Assembly (NCBI RefSeq): GCF_000022265.1
Contig: NC_011979.1
Coordinates: 1,380,001 to 1,412,000 of the forward strand
Source of the DNA: Geotalea daltonii FRC-32
GTDB lineage: Bacteria; Desulfobacterota; Desulfuromonadia; Geobacterales; Geobacteraceae
Direction of reading: 5' to 3'
Length of the DNA: 32,000 nt
Shown: one piece after another, positions 1 to 8,111 of the stretch
Position numbering within the stretch: the stretch's first letter is position 1
How the letters are laid out: every line of letters begins with the position of its first letter
Program-made: the position numbers and the translations under genes
Notes under the pieces: generated by a model
Database searches by the model: none
What the model was told of the DNA's origin: nothing
The model's input: only the letters and a program-made list of their open reading frames with translations

Positions 1-1
1 T

Positions 2-118
2 GTGCCGCCGGAGATAGCAACCCTTGGGGCACAGGTTACCATCAGGCACGAAAAGGTGGCCATGGAAGCCAGTGTGGTGGAACTGCCCTTTTACAGGGGT
101 GGTTCGCTCCGCTCGTAA
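2..118 (+). CDS. gcvT: Aminomethyltransferase (glycine cleavage T protein), 3' end only; runs off the left edge
   Basis: Frame 2 is open from the window edge to TAA at 116-118. It reads ...GAQVTIRHEKVAMEASVVELPFYRGGSLRS*, a GcvT-like C-terminus (..VV..PFY). It lies directly upstream of gcvH-gcvPA-gcvPB. Confidence 0.55.
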   Translation: MPPEIATLGAQVTIRHEKVAMEASVVELPFYRGGSLRS

Positions 119-159
119 AATAGATGTCATCATATTTGAAATAATATGGGAGGATGGCC

Positions 160-534
160 ATGGAAACGTATTACAGCAAGGAACATGAGTGGGTCAAGAT
201 CAAGGACGGCGTTGCCAGTGTCGGCATCAGCGAGCATGCTGCCCGCGAACTGGGTGACATCACCTTTGTCGAACTTCCCCAGGTGGGTAAGACGGTCAAG
301 CAGTTTGACGTCCTTGCCGGCATTGAGTCGGTCAAAGCGGCCAGCGACATCTACGCCCCCCTTTCCGGTAAGGTGATCAAGATCAACGAGGCCCTTGAAG
401 GCGCCCCCGAGATTGTCAACGAGGCGGCCGAGGAAGCGGGCTGGATTGCCTGGCTGGAACCGGCCGACCTCGGCGAGGTGAAGAACCTGATGAGCAAAGA
501 GGAATACGACAACTACCTGAAAGGGCTTGCCTGA
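160..534 (+). CDS. gcvH: Glycine cleavage system H protein (lipoyl carrier)
   Basis: Contains KEHEWV and the lipoyl-lysine motif [14 protein letters not shown] at 148-153 is well spaced for the ATG at 160. The ORF track starts two codons earlier, at 154. Stop is TGA 532-534. Confidence 0.93.
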   Translation: METYYSKEHEWVKIKDGVASVGISEHAARELGDITFVELPQVGKTVKQFDVLAGIESVKAASDIYAPLSGKVIKINEALEGAPEIVNEAAEEAGWIAWLEPADLGEVKNLMSKEEYDNYLKGLA

Positions 535-1862
535 TGAGTTACTGTCCCAACACGCCGGAAGATATCCGGGAGATGCTGGCCGCCATTGGCAAGGGCAGTG
601 TCGAGGAGCTGTTCGAGCCGATTCACCATACGCTACGGGCAAAATCCTTCAATCTGCCTGCCGGTATTTCGGAACAGGAACTGCTGGTGAAGATGCAGGA
701 GTTGGCGGCTTGCGATCGGCACCTGATCAACTTCATCGGCGGCGGTTACTACGATCATCATATTCCGGCGGTTGTGGACCATCTCTCCGGTCGCGCCGAG
801 TTTTATACCGCCTATACTCCTTACCAGCCGGAATGTTCCCAGGGGACCCTGCAGGCACTCTTCGAGTACCAGACTGCCATCTGCAGACTGACCGGCATGG
901 AGGTGAGCAATGCATCCCTCTATGACGGCGGCACCGCACTGGCAGAGGCGGCCATGATGGCCCTGCGCATCACCGGCCGGAACCGGGTCGTCATCGATGC
1001 CTCCGTCAACCCTTTTGCCCGGCAGATTGTCGCCACCTACCTGAAGAACATCGGAGTCGAGATGGTGGAGATACCCACCAGTTCCGGCAGTGCCGACCGC
1101 TCGGCCCTGACCGAGGCCCTCACCGGGGATGTGGCTGCAGTCATGGTGCAAAATCCAAACTTCTTCGGTTCCATCGAAGACCTGACAGCCATTTCCCAGG
1201 CTGCCCATGCCAAGGGTGCGCTCCTCGTAACTTCGGTCTATCCCATCAGTCTGGGACTAATCAAGAGTCCCGGAGAAATGGGGGCCGATATCGTCGTCGG
1301 CGATGGACAGAGCCTGGGTAATCCCCTCGCCTTCGGCGGGCCCTCCTTCGGTTTCATTGCCACCACGAAAAAATATATCCGCAACCTGCCTGGCCGCATC
1401 ATCGGCGAGACCATCGACAAGGAAGGCCGCCGCGGCTTTGTTCTTACACTGCAGGCCAGGGAGCAGCACATCAAGAGGCACAAGGCCACCTCCAACATCT
1501 GCAGCAACCAGAGCCTCTGTGCCCTGCGCGGCCTGATCTTCCTTGCCAGCGTCGGCAAGGAGGGGATGGTGGAACTGGCCAATCTCAACCGGGACAAGGC
1601 CGAGTACGCCAAGGAAAGACTGGGCTCCATCAGGGGGGTGAGAGTCCTGAACCGTGGCGCAACTTTCAATGAATTTACTCTGGAACTGCCGAAAGATGCT
1701 GCAGATGTTGTGCGAACCCTTATGGAAAAGGGCATTGCTGCCGGGGTGCCCCTTGGAGAATACTATGCCGGCATGGCCAACTGCATGGTGGTCACGGTGA
1801 CGGAAAAACGGTCCAGGGGCGAGATCGAGGCACTGGCCGAGGCGCTGGAGGCGTCACTATGA
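534..1862 (+). CDS. gcvPA: Glycine dehydrogenase (decarboxylating), subunit 1
   Basis: 442 aa. N-terminal half of split P protein ([24 protein letters not shown] motif). The start overlaps the gcvH stop (TGATG). Confidence 0.93.
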   Translation: MSYCPNTPEDIREMLAAIGKGSVEELFEPIHHTLRAKSFNLPAGISEQELLVKMQELAACDRHLINFIGGGYYDHHIPAVVDHLSGRAEFYTAYTPYQPECSQGTLQALFEYQTAICRLTGMEVSNASLYDGGTALAEAAMMALRITGRNRVVIDASVNPFARQIVATYLKNIGVEMVEIPTSSGSADRSALTEALTGDVAAVMVQNPNFFGSIEDLTAISQAAHAKGALLVTSVYPISLGLIKSPGEMGADIVVGDGQSLGNPLAFGGPSFGFIATTKKYIRNLPGRIIGETIDKEGRRGFVLTLQAREQHIKRHKATSNICSNQSLCALRGLIFLASVGKEGMVELANLNRDKAEYAKERLGSIRGVRVLNRGATFNEFTLELPKDAADVVRTLMEKGIAAGVPLGEYYAGMANCMVVTVTEKRSRGEIEALAEALEASL

Positions 1863-3298
1863 AACTGATTTTCGAACAATCCGTGCCGGGAAGGCGCGGC
1901 CTGAAGCTGCCTATAGCCGATGTGCCCAAGGCTGCCCCTTTGCCGGACAATCTTGTGCGCTTTGAACCTGCACAACTCCCAGAGGTGAGCGAGCTGGACC
2001 TGGTCCGACATTTCACCGGACTGTCGCGGCGCAACTTCTCTGTGGACGGCAATTTCTATCCCCTCGGCTCCTGCACCATGAAGTATAACGCCAAGGTAAC
2101 CGAAAATGCCGCGGCCCTGTTCGCCGGCACTCATCCCATGACTGCCCTGCTGCCGGAAGGGGACACCAGTGCCCAAGGATCTTTATGCCTCCTGCTGGAA
2201 GTGTCCCGCCTGCTTGCCGAAATAACCGGCATGGACGAGGTCAGCTGCCAGCCCCTGGCTGGCGCCCACGGCGAGATGACCGGCATCATGCTCATCGCCG
2301 CCTATCACCGGGCCAAAGGCAACAAAAAGAAGTATGTCATAGTTCCCGATTCCTCCCATGGCACTAATCCTGCCAGTGCGGCCATGGTCGGTTACGAGGT
2401 AATCACCATCCCGTCTGCTTCCTATGGCGACATGGATCTTGATGCCTATCGGGCAGCCATGAACGGGGAAGTGGCTGCGGTGATGATGACCTGCCCCAAC
2501 ACCCTTGGTTTATTCAACCCTCACATCAGTGAGATTTGCGATATTGCCCACGAGCACGATGCCCTCATGTACTATGACGGGGCTAATCTCAATGCGATCC
2601 TGGGCAAGGTTCGCCCCGGCGATGTGGGTTTTGACGTCATCCATGTGAATCTGCACAAGACCTTCGGCACCCCCCATGGCGGTGGCGGTCCCGGCAGTGG
2701 GCCGGTAGGCGTTAAAAAGGCATTGATTCCCTTTCTTCCCGGCCCCAGGATCGTCAAACATGCCGACGGAAGATGCGGACTGGAAAAGGACAATTCGCAG
2801 AGTATCGGCCGGGTGGCCAACTTCTTCGGTAATTTCGGCGTCATAGTCAAGGCCTATGCCTACATGACCATGCTCGGACGGGAGGGTCTGATCCAGGTGA
2901 GCGAACAGGCAGTGCTCAATGCCAACTATATGCTGGCGCGGCTGAAAGGACATTTCGACGTGCCGTTCGATCAGACCTGCATGCACGAATGCGTCTTCTC
3001 TGCCTCTCGGCAGGTGAAGCAGGGGGTGCATGCCATCGACATTGCCAAATACCTCATCGACCGGGGTTACCACCCGCCGACTGTCTATTTCCCCCTCAAC
3101 GTCAAGGAGGCGATCATGATCGAACCCACCGAGACCGAGAGCAAGGAAACCATGGATGCCTTCATCGAGATTATGATCGAGGCGGCCAGGATGGCGGAAA
3201 CGAACCCGGACATGCTCCACGAGGCGCCAATAACGATGCCGGTCGGTCGTCTCGACGAGACCAAAGCGGCGCGGGAACAGAATGTCTGCTTCGGCTGA
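1859..3298 (+). CDS. gcvPB: Glycine dehydrogenase (decarboxylating), subunit 2, PLP-dependent
   Basis: 479 aa. PLP-lysine region [22 protein letters not shown] overlap with the gcvPA stop. Confidence 0.93.
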   Translation: MKLIFEQSVPGRRGLKLPIADVPKAAPLPDNLVRFEPAQLPEVSELDLVRHFTGLSRRNFSVDGNFYPLGSCTMKYNAKVTENAAALFAGTHPMTALLPEGDTSAQGSLCLLLEVSRLLAEITGMDEVSCQPLAGAHGEMTGIMLIAAYHRAKGNKKKYVIVPDSSHGTNPASAAMVGYEVITIPSASYGDMDLDAYRAAMNGEVAAVMMTCPNTLGLFNPHISEICDIAHEHDALMYYDGANLNAILGKVRPGDVGFDVIHVNLHKTFGTPHGGGGPGSGPVGVKKALIPFLPGPRIVKHADGRCGLEKDNSQSIGRVANFFGNFGVIVKAYAYMTMLGREGLIQVSEQAVLNANYMLARLKGHFDVPFDQTCMHECVFSASRQVKQGVHAIDIAKYLIDRGYHPPTVYFPLNVKEAIMIEPTETESKETMDAFIEIMIEAARMAETNPDMLHEAPITMPVGRLDETKAAREQNVCFG

Positions 3299-3301
3299 AT
3301 G

Positions 3302-3345
3302 AAAGCCCCCTTCAGGAGTGAGCCGGAAGGGGGCTTTGCTTTTCG
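3302..3345 (+). terminator. Rho-independent terminator of the gcv operon
   Basis: Perfect 12-bp stem: AAAGCCCCCTTC (3302-3313) pairs with GAAGGGGGCTTT (3326-3337). It is followed by a TTTGCTTTTCG T-rich tail and begins 4 nt after the gcvPB stop. Confidence 0.8.
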
Positions 3346-3612
3346 TGTGCTGCCTCGGAGGAAGGAACCGGCAGGATTTCTTCCGCTCCGGCCCATTCCG
3401 AGCTGCGGACCTTGACAGCTTTCCCTTTCAGTGCTCTGTCTGCTGGTACATTGTAACTCATGAACCTGTAACTGACAGCGGGCGGGTGTCCGCTCGCCGC
3501 TCGGACTGAACCTCCGCTCCGGAAACCCTGCCGGCTCCAGGGGTCCTGTGAAAGAACCTACCATCACTGTTTCTCGTTTACTTATCCACTCTTTAGCCGA
3601 TGGAGGATAAAT

Positions 3613-4065
3613 ATGACTGAGACCAGCCACACCTACCTTGTCACCTGCCCGTCATGCAAGACGGGAAACAGAGTCCCCGCTGCCAGGGAAGGGCAAGCGG
3701 GAAAGTGCGGCAACTGCCGCGGCACTCTTCCTCCCCTTTACCTGCAACCGGTCCAACTGACCGACAGATCTTTCGACTCCTTCATCTCCAACTATAAGGG
3801 CACTGTCCTTGCCGAATTCTGGGCACCCTGGTGACCCCACTGCCGCGACTTCGCACCGGTGGTGCGGGACATTGCCAGGGAGCTTGCCGGAAAAGCGGCG
3901 GTCGTACAAGTAAATACCGAGGAAAGCCCAGCCGTTGCCGCCAGGTTTGCCATAGGCGGCATACCGGCACTGCTCATTCTCAAGCAGGGAAAAACCATCG
4001 CCAGCATGAGCGGTACGCGTCCCAAGCAGACGATCATTGACTGGGTCCGAAAAAATGCCGCCTGA
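3613..4065 (+). CDS. trxC: Thioredoxin 2 type protein (N-terminal CxxC..CxxC zinc finger plus Trx fold), with in-frame UGA read as selenocysteine (residue 74, active site W-U-P-H-C)
   Basis: ORFs 3613..3834 and 3859..4065 are in the same frame and are separated only by TGA 3832-3834. The joined protein reads CPSCKTGNRVPAAREGQAGKCGNC...EFWAPW[U]PHCRDFAPVVRDIARELAGKAAVVQVNTEESPAVAARFAIGGIPALLILKQGK. From memory this is colinear with E. coli TrxC (DFWAPWCGPCRNFAP...VKVNTE...IRSIPT). RBS is GGAGG at 3602-3606. Confidence 0.8.
3850..3868 (+). promoter_or_regulatory. Candidate bacterial SECIS hairpin
   Basis: CGCACC (3852-3857) pairs with GGTGCG (3861-3866) around a GGT apical loop. Two U-G wobbles (3850/3868, 3851/3867) extend the stem. 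The hairpin starts 16 nt after the UGA. Confidence 0.5.
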
Positions 4066-4088
4066 TCGGTTATAAACGGTGCCACGCG

Positions 4089-4116
4089 TTGACATGGGGC
4101 GTTTTGGGGCTATCAT
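4089..4116 (+). promoter_or_regulatory. Sigma-70-type promoter candidate for the nuo operon
   Basis: TTGACA (4089-4094), a 16-nt spacer, then TATCAT (4111-4116), followed by an AT-rich stretch just upstream of nuoA. Confidence 0.5.
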
Positions 4117-4161
4117 TACACTTTGTTTAATATTTAAAAATTGAATAAATTCGGATCAGCT

Positions 4162-4590
4162 ATGCCTTTTCAAATGGAGCACGTATCCCCCCAAGCAGAT
4201 GCAGTCTTGTCGCTGGCGCTTTACACTGCCGTCGCAACCCTGCTTGTAGGGTTCCTGCTGCTGGTTGCCTGGTGGCTGGGGAGCAAAAGACGGACGGTGG
4301 TAAAACAGAAGCCCTATGAATCGGGTATCTTTCCGACCGGGACTGCCCGCCTGGCATATCCTGTCCCCTTTTATCTCGTTGCCATATTTTTCATCGTCTT
4401 CGATGTGGAGGCAGTGTTTATCTTTACCTGGGGAATGGCCTGGGATGAGCTCGGTTTTCCCGGCCTTGTTCACATAACGATCTTCATCGTCATCCTGCTG
4501 CTGGGGCTGGCCTGGCTCTGGCTCAAGGGAGGGCTCGAATGGGGACCACGAAAGGCGGTTCGAGGTTCTAAGTTCGAGGTTCCAGATTAA
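4162..4590 (+). CDS. nuoA: NADH-quinone oxidoreductase subunit A
   Basis: Three-TM ND3-like protein (KPYESGIFPTG, FDVEAVFIF motifs). The start is uncertain: TTG 4141, ATG 4162 or ATG 4174, none with a clear RBS. The C-terminal tail RGSKFEVPD is encoded by a heptad repeat tract. Confidence 0.85.
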   Translation: MPFQMEHVSPQADAVLSLALYTAVATLLVGFLLLVAWWLGSKRRTVVKQKPYESGIFPTGTARLAYPVPFYLVAIFFIVFDVEAVFIFTWGMAWDELGFPGLVHITIFIVILLLGLAWLWLKGGLEWGPRKAVRGSKFEVPD

Positions 4591-4649
4591 AGGCCAGAAA
4601 CCCAGAACCCAGAACATAGAACATAGAACATAGAACATAGAACATAGAA
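4558..4649. repeat. 7-bp periodic tract: four GTTCNNN units, then a switch to the complementary NNNAGAA type, including five perfect CATAGAA
   Basis: GTTCGAG GTTCTAA GTTCGAG GTTCCAG (4558-4585), ATTAAAG, GCCAGAA, A, CCCAGAA x2 (4601-4614), CATAGAA x5 (4615-4649). It spans the nuoA 3' end and the nuoA-nuoBCD spacer. Confidence 0.9.
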
Positions 4650-4672
4650 CCGCTTCTAAATCAGGAACACGC

Positions 4673-7051
4673 ATGCACGCAGATGCCGACAGGGCAGACA
4701 ACATCCTCCTGACCAACCTGGACGACCTGATCAACTGGGGGCGGGCCAACTCGCTCTGGCCCATGTTCTTCGGCCTCTCCTGCTGTTTCGTTGAAATGAT
4801 GACCTCCTTCACCTCCCGCTACGATATCTCCCGCTTTGGCGCCGAGGTGCTGCGTGGCACTCCGCGGGAGGCGGACCTGATGGTCATTGCCGGCACAGTC
4901 TTCAAGAAGATGGCCCCCTCCATTCTCACCCTCTACGAACAGATGGCCGAGCCACGCTGGGTTATCTCCATGGGGAGTTGCGCCAATTCCGGCGGCATGT
5001 ACGACGTCTACAGCGTTGTTCAGGGGGTGAACCAGATCCTGCCGGTGGATGTGTACGTGCCTGGCTGTCCACCGCGCCCCGAGGCCTTCATGCAGGGACT
5101 GCTGCTGCTCCAGGAGAAGATCCGCAACGACGAGAGACCGGCCCGGCCGGTGCTGCACCTGCAGGGTGGGAGCCAGGGGACTACAGCGCCGATCCTCGTG
5201 GATGGAATATCCAAATCCCGCGATACCCGTGGTCCCGGTTTGGAAGGAACATCAAAAAGGGGGACGTCGGTCAATCATCCCAAATTCTGGCTGTCCCGCT
5301 CCGACGAAATGTGGCGGCCTCCGGCAGAAAAGCATCCGTACCCGGATTTCGGGCTTGCCGGTGAACTGGAAGGACTTTTCGGCGAGCAGGTGAAGGTAGA
5401 CCCTGATGCCACCGACATGCTTACCTATCGCTGTCCGCCGGAACTGGTGCCGGAGGTGCTGAGACACCTCAAAAAGCGCAGTGGCAATGCCTTTGCCCGC
5501 CTGGAGGATATTGCTGCCGTCGATGATTCATGTCGGAGGCAACGGGAGAAATTCCAGGATTTCACGGTCAACTACCACCTGCTCTGCTTTGACACCCCTG
5601 GCCACATCCGCATCAAAACAGAGATCTCCGGCGCGACGCCCCAACTGCCGACAGTGACAGGCCTCTTCCCCGCAGCCAACTGGTATGAGCGGGAAGTATT
5701 CGACATGTACGGCATCCACGTTGCCGGTCATCCCAATTTGCGCCGCATTCTCATGCCCGAGGAGTGGCAGGGGCACCCCCTGCGCAAGGAGCATCCGTTC
5801 CGCGCCACTGAGATGCCCGCCTATACCCTTGACGATGCCCGTAAGCTGCAGCCGCTGCCGGCGGGGGACTTCTTCGAACGGGTCGACGAGGAGACCCTCA
5901 TCCTCAACCTGGGTCCCCAGCATCCCGGCACCCACGGCGTCATCCGCTTTATCCTCAAGCTCAATGGCGAGGAAATCGTCGATATGGATTCCAATATCGG
6001 CTTCCACCACCGGGGGGCGGAAAAGATGGGGGAGAGGCAGCATTGGAACCAGTACATTCCCTATACGGACCGCATCGATTACCTGGCCGGGGTGCAGAAC
6101 AACCTGGCCTATGTGAACAGCGTCGAAAAACTTTGCAGCATCACCGTTCCCGATCGGGCGATCACCGTCAGGGTCATGCTGGCCGAGCTCTTCCGCATCG
6201 CCAGCCACCTGGTCTGGCTCGGTACCTTTGCCGCCGACATCGGCGCCATGACCCCGGTCTTCTACACCTTTACCGACCGGGAGAAGATCTTCGACATCGT
6301 CGAGATGATTACCGGCGGCCGCATGCATCCCGCCTGGTTCCGCATCGGCGGCGTGGTGGAAGATCTGCCTGAAGGGTGGGAGGCGCCGGTGCGGGAATTC
6401 CTGGCCTGGTTTCCCCCGCGGCTGAAGGAATATGAAGACCTCTTGAACGGCAACCCGATCTTTACCGCCCGGCTCAAGGGGGTGGGGGTAATTACGAGGG
6501 CAGAGGCTATGGAATGGGGTATCAGCGGCCCTAACCTGCGTGCCTGCGGCTTTGACTGGGATCTGCGCAAAAAGATGCCTTATGCCGGCTATGACCGTTT
6601 CGATTTCCAGGTGGCAGTGGCTGAGGGTGGGGATTGCTGGGCAAGGTACCTGGTGCGCCTGGAAGAGATGCGCCAGTCCCTGCGCATCGTTCGCCAGTGC
6701 CTGGAGAACATGCCGGGGGGGCGCTGGATCAGCGAAGAATACCGCTATGCCATTCCCCAGAAACCGGACACTCTCAATGATATAGAATCGCTGATCCATC
6801 ACTTCGTCAACTCAACCCGTGGCATGACACCGCCCAGGGGGGAAACCTATGCGGCGATCGAAGCCCCCAAGGGAGAAAACGGCTATTTCGTCGTTTCCGA
6901 CGGTATCAACATCCCCTACCGGGTGCGGATCAGGACGCCGAGCTTTCCACACATCCAGGCACTCCCTATCATGAGCAAGGGGTGGCTTTTGGCCGATTTT
7001 CTGGCCATTATCGGGTCCATTGATTTCGTGTTGGCCGACGTGGATAGATGA
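4673..7051 (+). CDS. nuoBCD: NADH-quinone oxidoreductase, fused B-C-D subunits
   Basis: 792 aa. NuoB module ([20 protein letters not shown] cluster-N2 cysteines). About 70-aa linker. NuoC module ([13 protein letters not shown]). NuoD module ([13 protein letters not shown] ... [14 protein letters not shown]). Confidence 0.95.
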   Translation: MHADADRADNILLTNLDDLINWGRANSLWPMFFGLSCCFVEMMTSFTSRYDISRFGAEVLRGTPREADLMVIAGTVFKKMAPSILTLYEQMAEPRWVISMGSCANSGGMYDVYSVVQGVNQILPVDVYVPGCPPRPEAFMQGLLLLQEKIRNDERPARPVLHLQGGSQGTTAPILVDGISKSRDTRGPGLEGTSKRGTSVNHPKFWLSRSDEMWRPPAEKHPYPDFGLAGELEGLFGEQVKVDPDATDMLTYRCPPELVPEVLRHLKKRSGNAFARLEDIAAVDDSCRRQREKFQDFTVNYHLLCFDTPGHIRIKTEISGATPQLPTVTGLFPAANWYEREVFDMYGIHVAGHPNLRRILMPEEWQGHPLRKEHPFRATEMPAYTLDDARKLQPLPAGDFFERVDEETLILNLGPQHPGTHGVIRFILKLNGEEIVDMDSNIGFHHRGAEKMGERQHWNQYIPYTDRIDYLAGVQNNLAYVNSVEKLCSITVPDRAITVRVMLAELFRIASHLVWLGTFAADIGAMTPVFYTFTDREKIFDIVEMITGGRMHPAWFRIGGVVEDLPEGWEAPVREFLAWFPPRLKEYEDLLNGNPIFTARLKGVGVITRAEAMEWGISGPNLRACGFDWDLRKKMPYAGYDRFDFQVAVAEGGDCWARYLVRLEEMRQSLRIVRQCLENMPGGRWISEEYRYAIPQKPDTLNDIESLIHHFVNSTRGMTPPRGETYAAIEAPKGENGYFVVSDGINIPYRVRIRTPSFPHIQALPIMSKGWLLADFLAIIGSIDFVLADVDR

Positions 7052-7076
7052 AAAAAACAAGCTTAACCCCTCCTGT

Positions 7077-7099
7077 CCTCTTTAGGCCCTGCGGGTCCC
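7077..7099. repeat. 23-bp motif CCTCTTTAGGCCCTGCGGGTCCC, with a second copy at 12875-12897
   Basis: The two copies are identical at 22 of 23 positions (C/T at motif position 16). Both lie in nuo intergenic spacers. Confidence 0.8.
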
Positions 7100-7125
7100 C
7101 TTGACTGAGGGGAGGGACGTGTGTT

Positions 7126-7149
7126 CCCCCTCTTAAGACTAAGAGGGGG
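7126..7149. repeat. G/C-clamped palindrome (CCCCCTCTTA-agac-TAAGAGGGGG)
   Basis: Perfect 10-bp arms with a 4-nt centre, in the nuoBCD-nuoE spacer. Same style as the palindromes at 8044, 9386, 15794, 22092 and 31429. Confidence 0.8.
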
Positions 7150-7168
7150 GGAATTATGAAGGAACAGA

Positions 7169-7678
7169 ATGATACCCGAATCGCTGAAAAAGGAACTTGC
7201 ATCCCGAATCGCCCATGGGGTTACCCCGCGTGAGGCGGCAGTTGACGTGATGAAGGAGCTGCAACTCCACTATGGCTGGCTGACCGACGAGGCGGTTGTG
7301 GAGGCTGCCGGTTTGCTGGGCCTGTCGCCGCTACAGGTGGAGGAATTGGCCACCTTTTACGAAATGATCTATCGCCAGCCGGTGGGAAAGCAGGTCATCC
7401 ACGTCTGCGACTCCATTTCCTGCTGGGCCATGGGTGGGGAAACGATGATGGCTCATCTGGCAGGACTTCTGGGGATAAAGCCGGGAGAAACCACGGCGGA
7501 CGGACAATTTACCCTGCTCCCCTGTGCCTGCCTGGGCAATTGCGGCGACGGCCCGACCATGATGATTGGTGAGAAAATATACGGCAAGTTGACCGTACCC
7601 CTGTTGACCGAGATGATCGGCTGGTTTCGGGGGGCGGCAATAGAGACGCCGGACAGCCACTCAAGGAGCATGCCATGA
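7169..7678 (+). CDS. nuoE: NADH-quinone oxidoreductase subunit E (2Fe-2S)
   Basis: 169 aa. Cysteine pattern VCDSISC ... [11 protein letters not shown] typical of NuoE/24-kDa subunit. RBS AAGGA is 7 nt upstream. Confidence 0.9.
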   Translation: MIPESLKKELASRIAHGVTPREAAVDVMKELQLHYGWLTDEAVVEAAGLLGLSPLQVEELATFYEMIYRQPVGKQVIHVCDSISCWAMGGETMMAHLAGLLGIKPGETTADGQFTLLPCACLGNCGDGPTMMIGEKIYGKLTVPLLTEMIGWFRGAAIETPDSHSRSMP

Positions 7679-8019
7679 TCAGGATCAAAAGGATTTACGA
7701 CCCCCCCGAGGCAACCGATGGCAGGCGGCTTTTGGTCGATCGTCTTTGGCCGCGGGGGCTGGCCAAGGAAAAGGCCCAGGTTGACGACTGGCTCAAGGAA
7801 CTGGCCCCCAGCAGCGAGTTGCGTACCTGGTTCGGCCACGACCCAGCCAAATGGGAAGAATTTCGCCGCCGCTATGAAGAAGAGCTGCAGGGGCAAAGGG
7901 AACAACTGGCAAAGCTGCATGCCGAGTCGGAAAAACGAACGGTGACCCTGCTTTATGCGGCCAAGGACGAAGAGCATAACAATGCGGCGGTATTGAAGGA
8001 ATTAGTCGGCAATGCCTGA
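7675..8019 (+). CDS. DUF488 (YeaO-like) family protein, embedded in the nuo operon
   Basis: 114 aa. [27 protein letters not shown]......W.KELAPS.ELR.WFGHDP.KW.EF..RY..EL is the DUF488 signature as I recall it. ATGA overlap with the nuoE stop. Confidence 0.8.
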   Translation: MIRIKRIYDPPEATDGRRLLVDRLWPRGLAKEKAQVDDWLKELAPSSELRTWFGHDPAKWEEFRRRYEEELQGQREQLAKLHAESEKRTVTLLYAAKDEEHNNAAVLKELVGNA

Positions 8020-8043
8020 TGCTGAAAATCACCCTCCTCCTTG

Positions 8044-8066
8044 CCCCCTCCCATCGAGGGAGGGGG
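8044..8066. repeat. G/C-clamped palindrome (CCCCCTCCC-atcga-GGGAGGGGG)
   Basis: Perfect 9-bp arms, in the DUF488-nuoF spacer. Confidence 0.8.
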
Positions 8067-8111
8067 AACTGATGGAAGCTTAAGTTTGGGCATATTGCCT
8101 CCAAGGCAGCT

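Noticed and set aside
3318-3509. 63-aa ORF in the gcvPB-trxC gap
   Set aside because: It starts inside the terminator hairpin and has no RBS or recognisable features.
3832-3834. The in-frame TGA in the thioredoxin gene read as a pseudogene-forming nonsense mutation or a sequencing error
   Set aside because: The stop falls exactly on the catalytic Cys codon. Both flanks remain perfectly in frame and conserved-looking. A GGU-loop hairpin lies at SECIS distance. Sec recoding is the more economical explanation, although it is unproven without the sel genes.
4594-4649. Heptamer array as a CRISPR array
   Set aside because: The units are 7 bp with no spacers, and no cas genes or leader are present. 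It is a microsatellite-type tandem repeat.
5528-6802. 424-aa ORF on the minus strand
   Set aside because: It lies entirely antisense to the strongly supported NuoD module. Its Arg/Ala/Gly/Pro-rich, low-complexity translation is typical of shadow ORFs in GC-rich DNA, and it has no RBS or motif.
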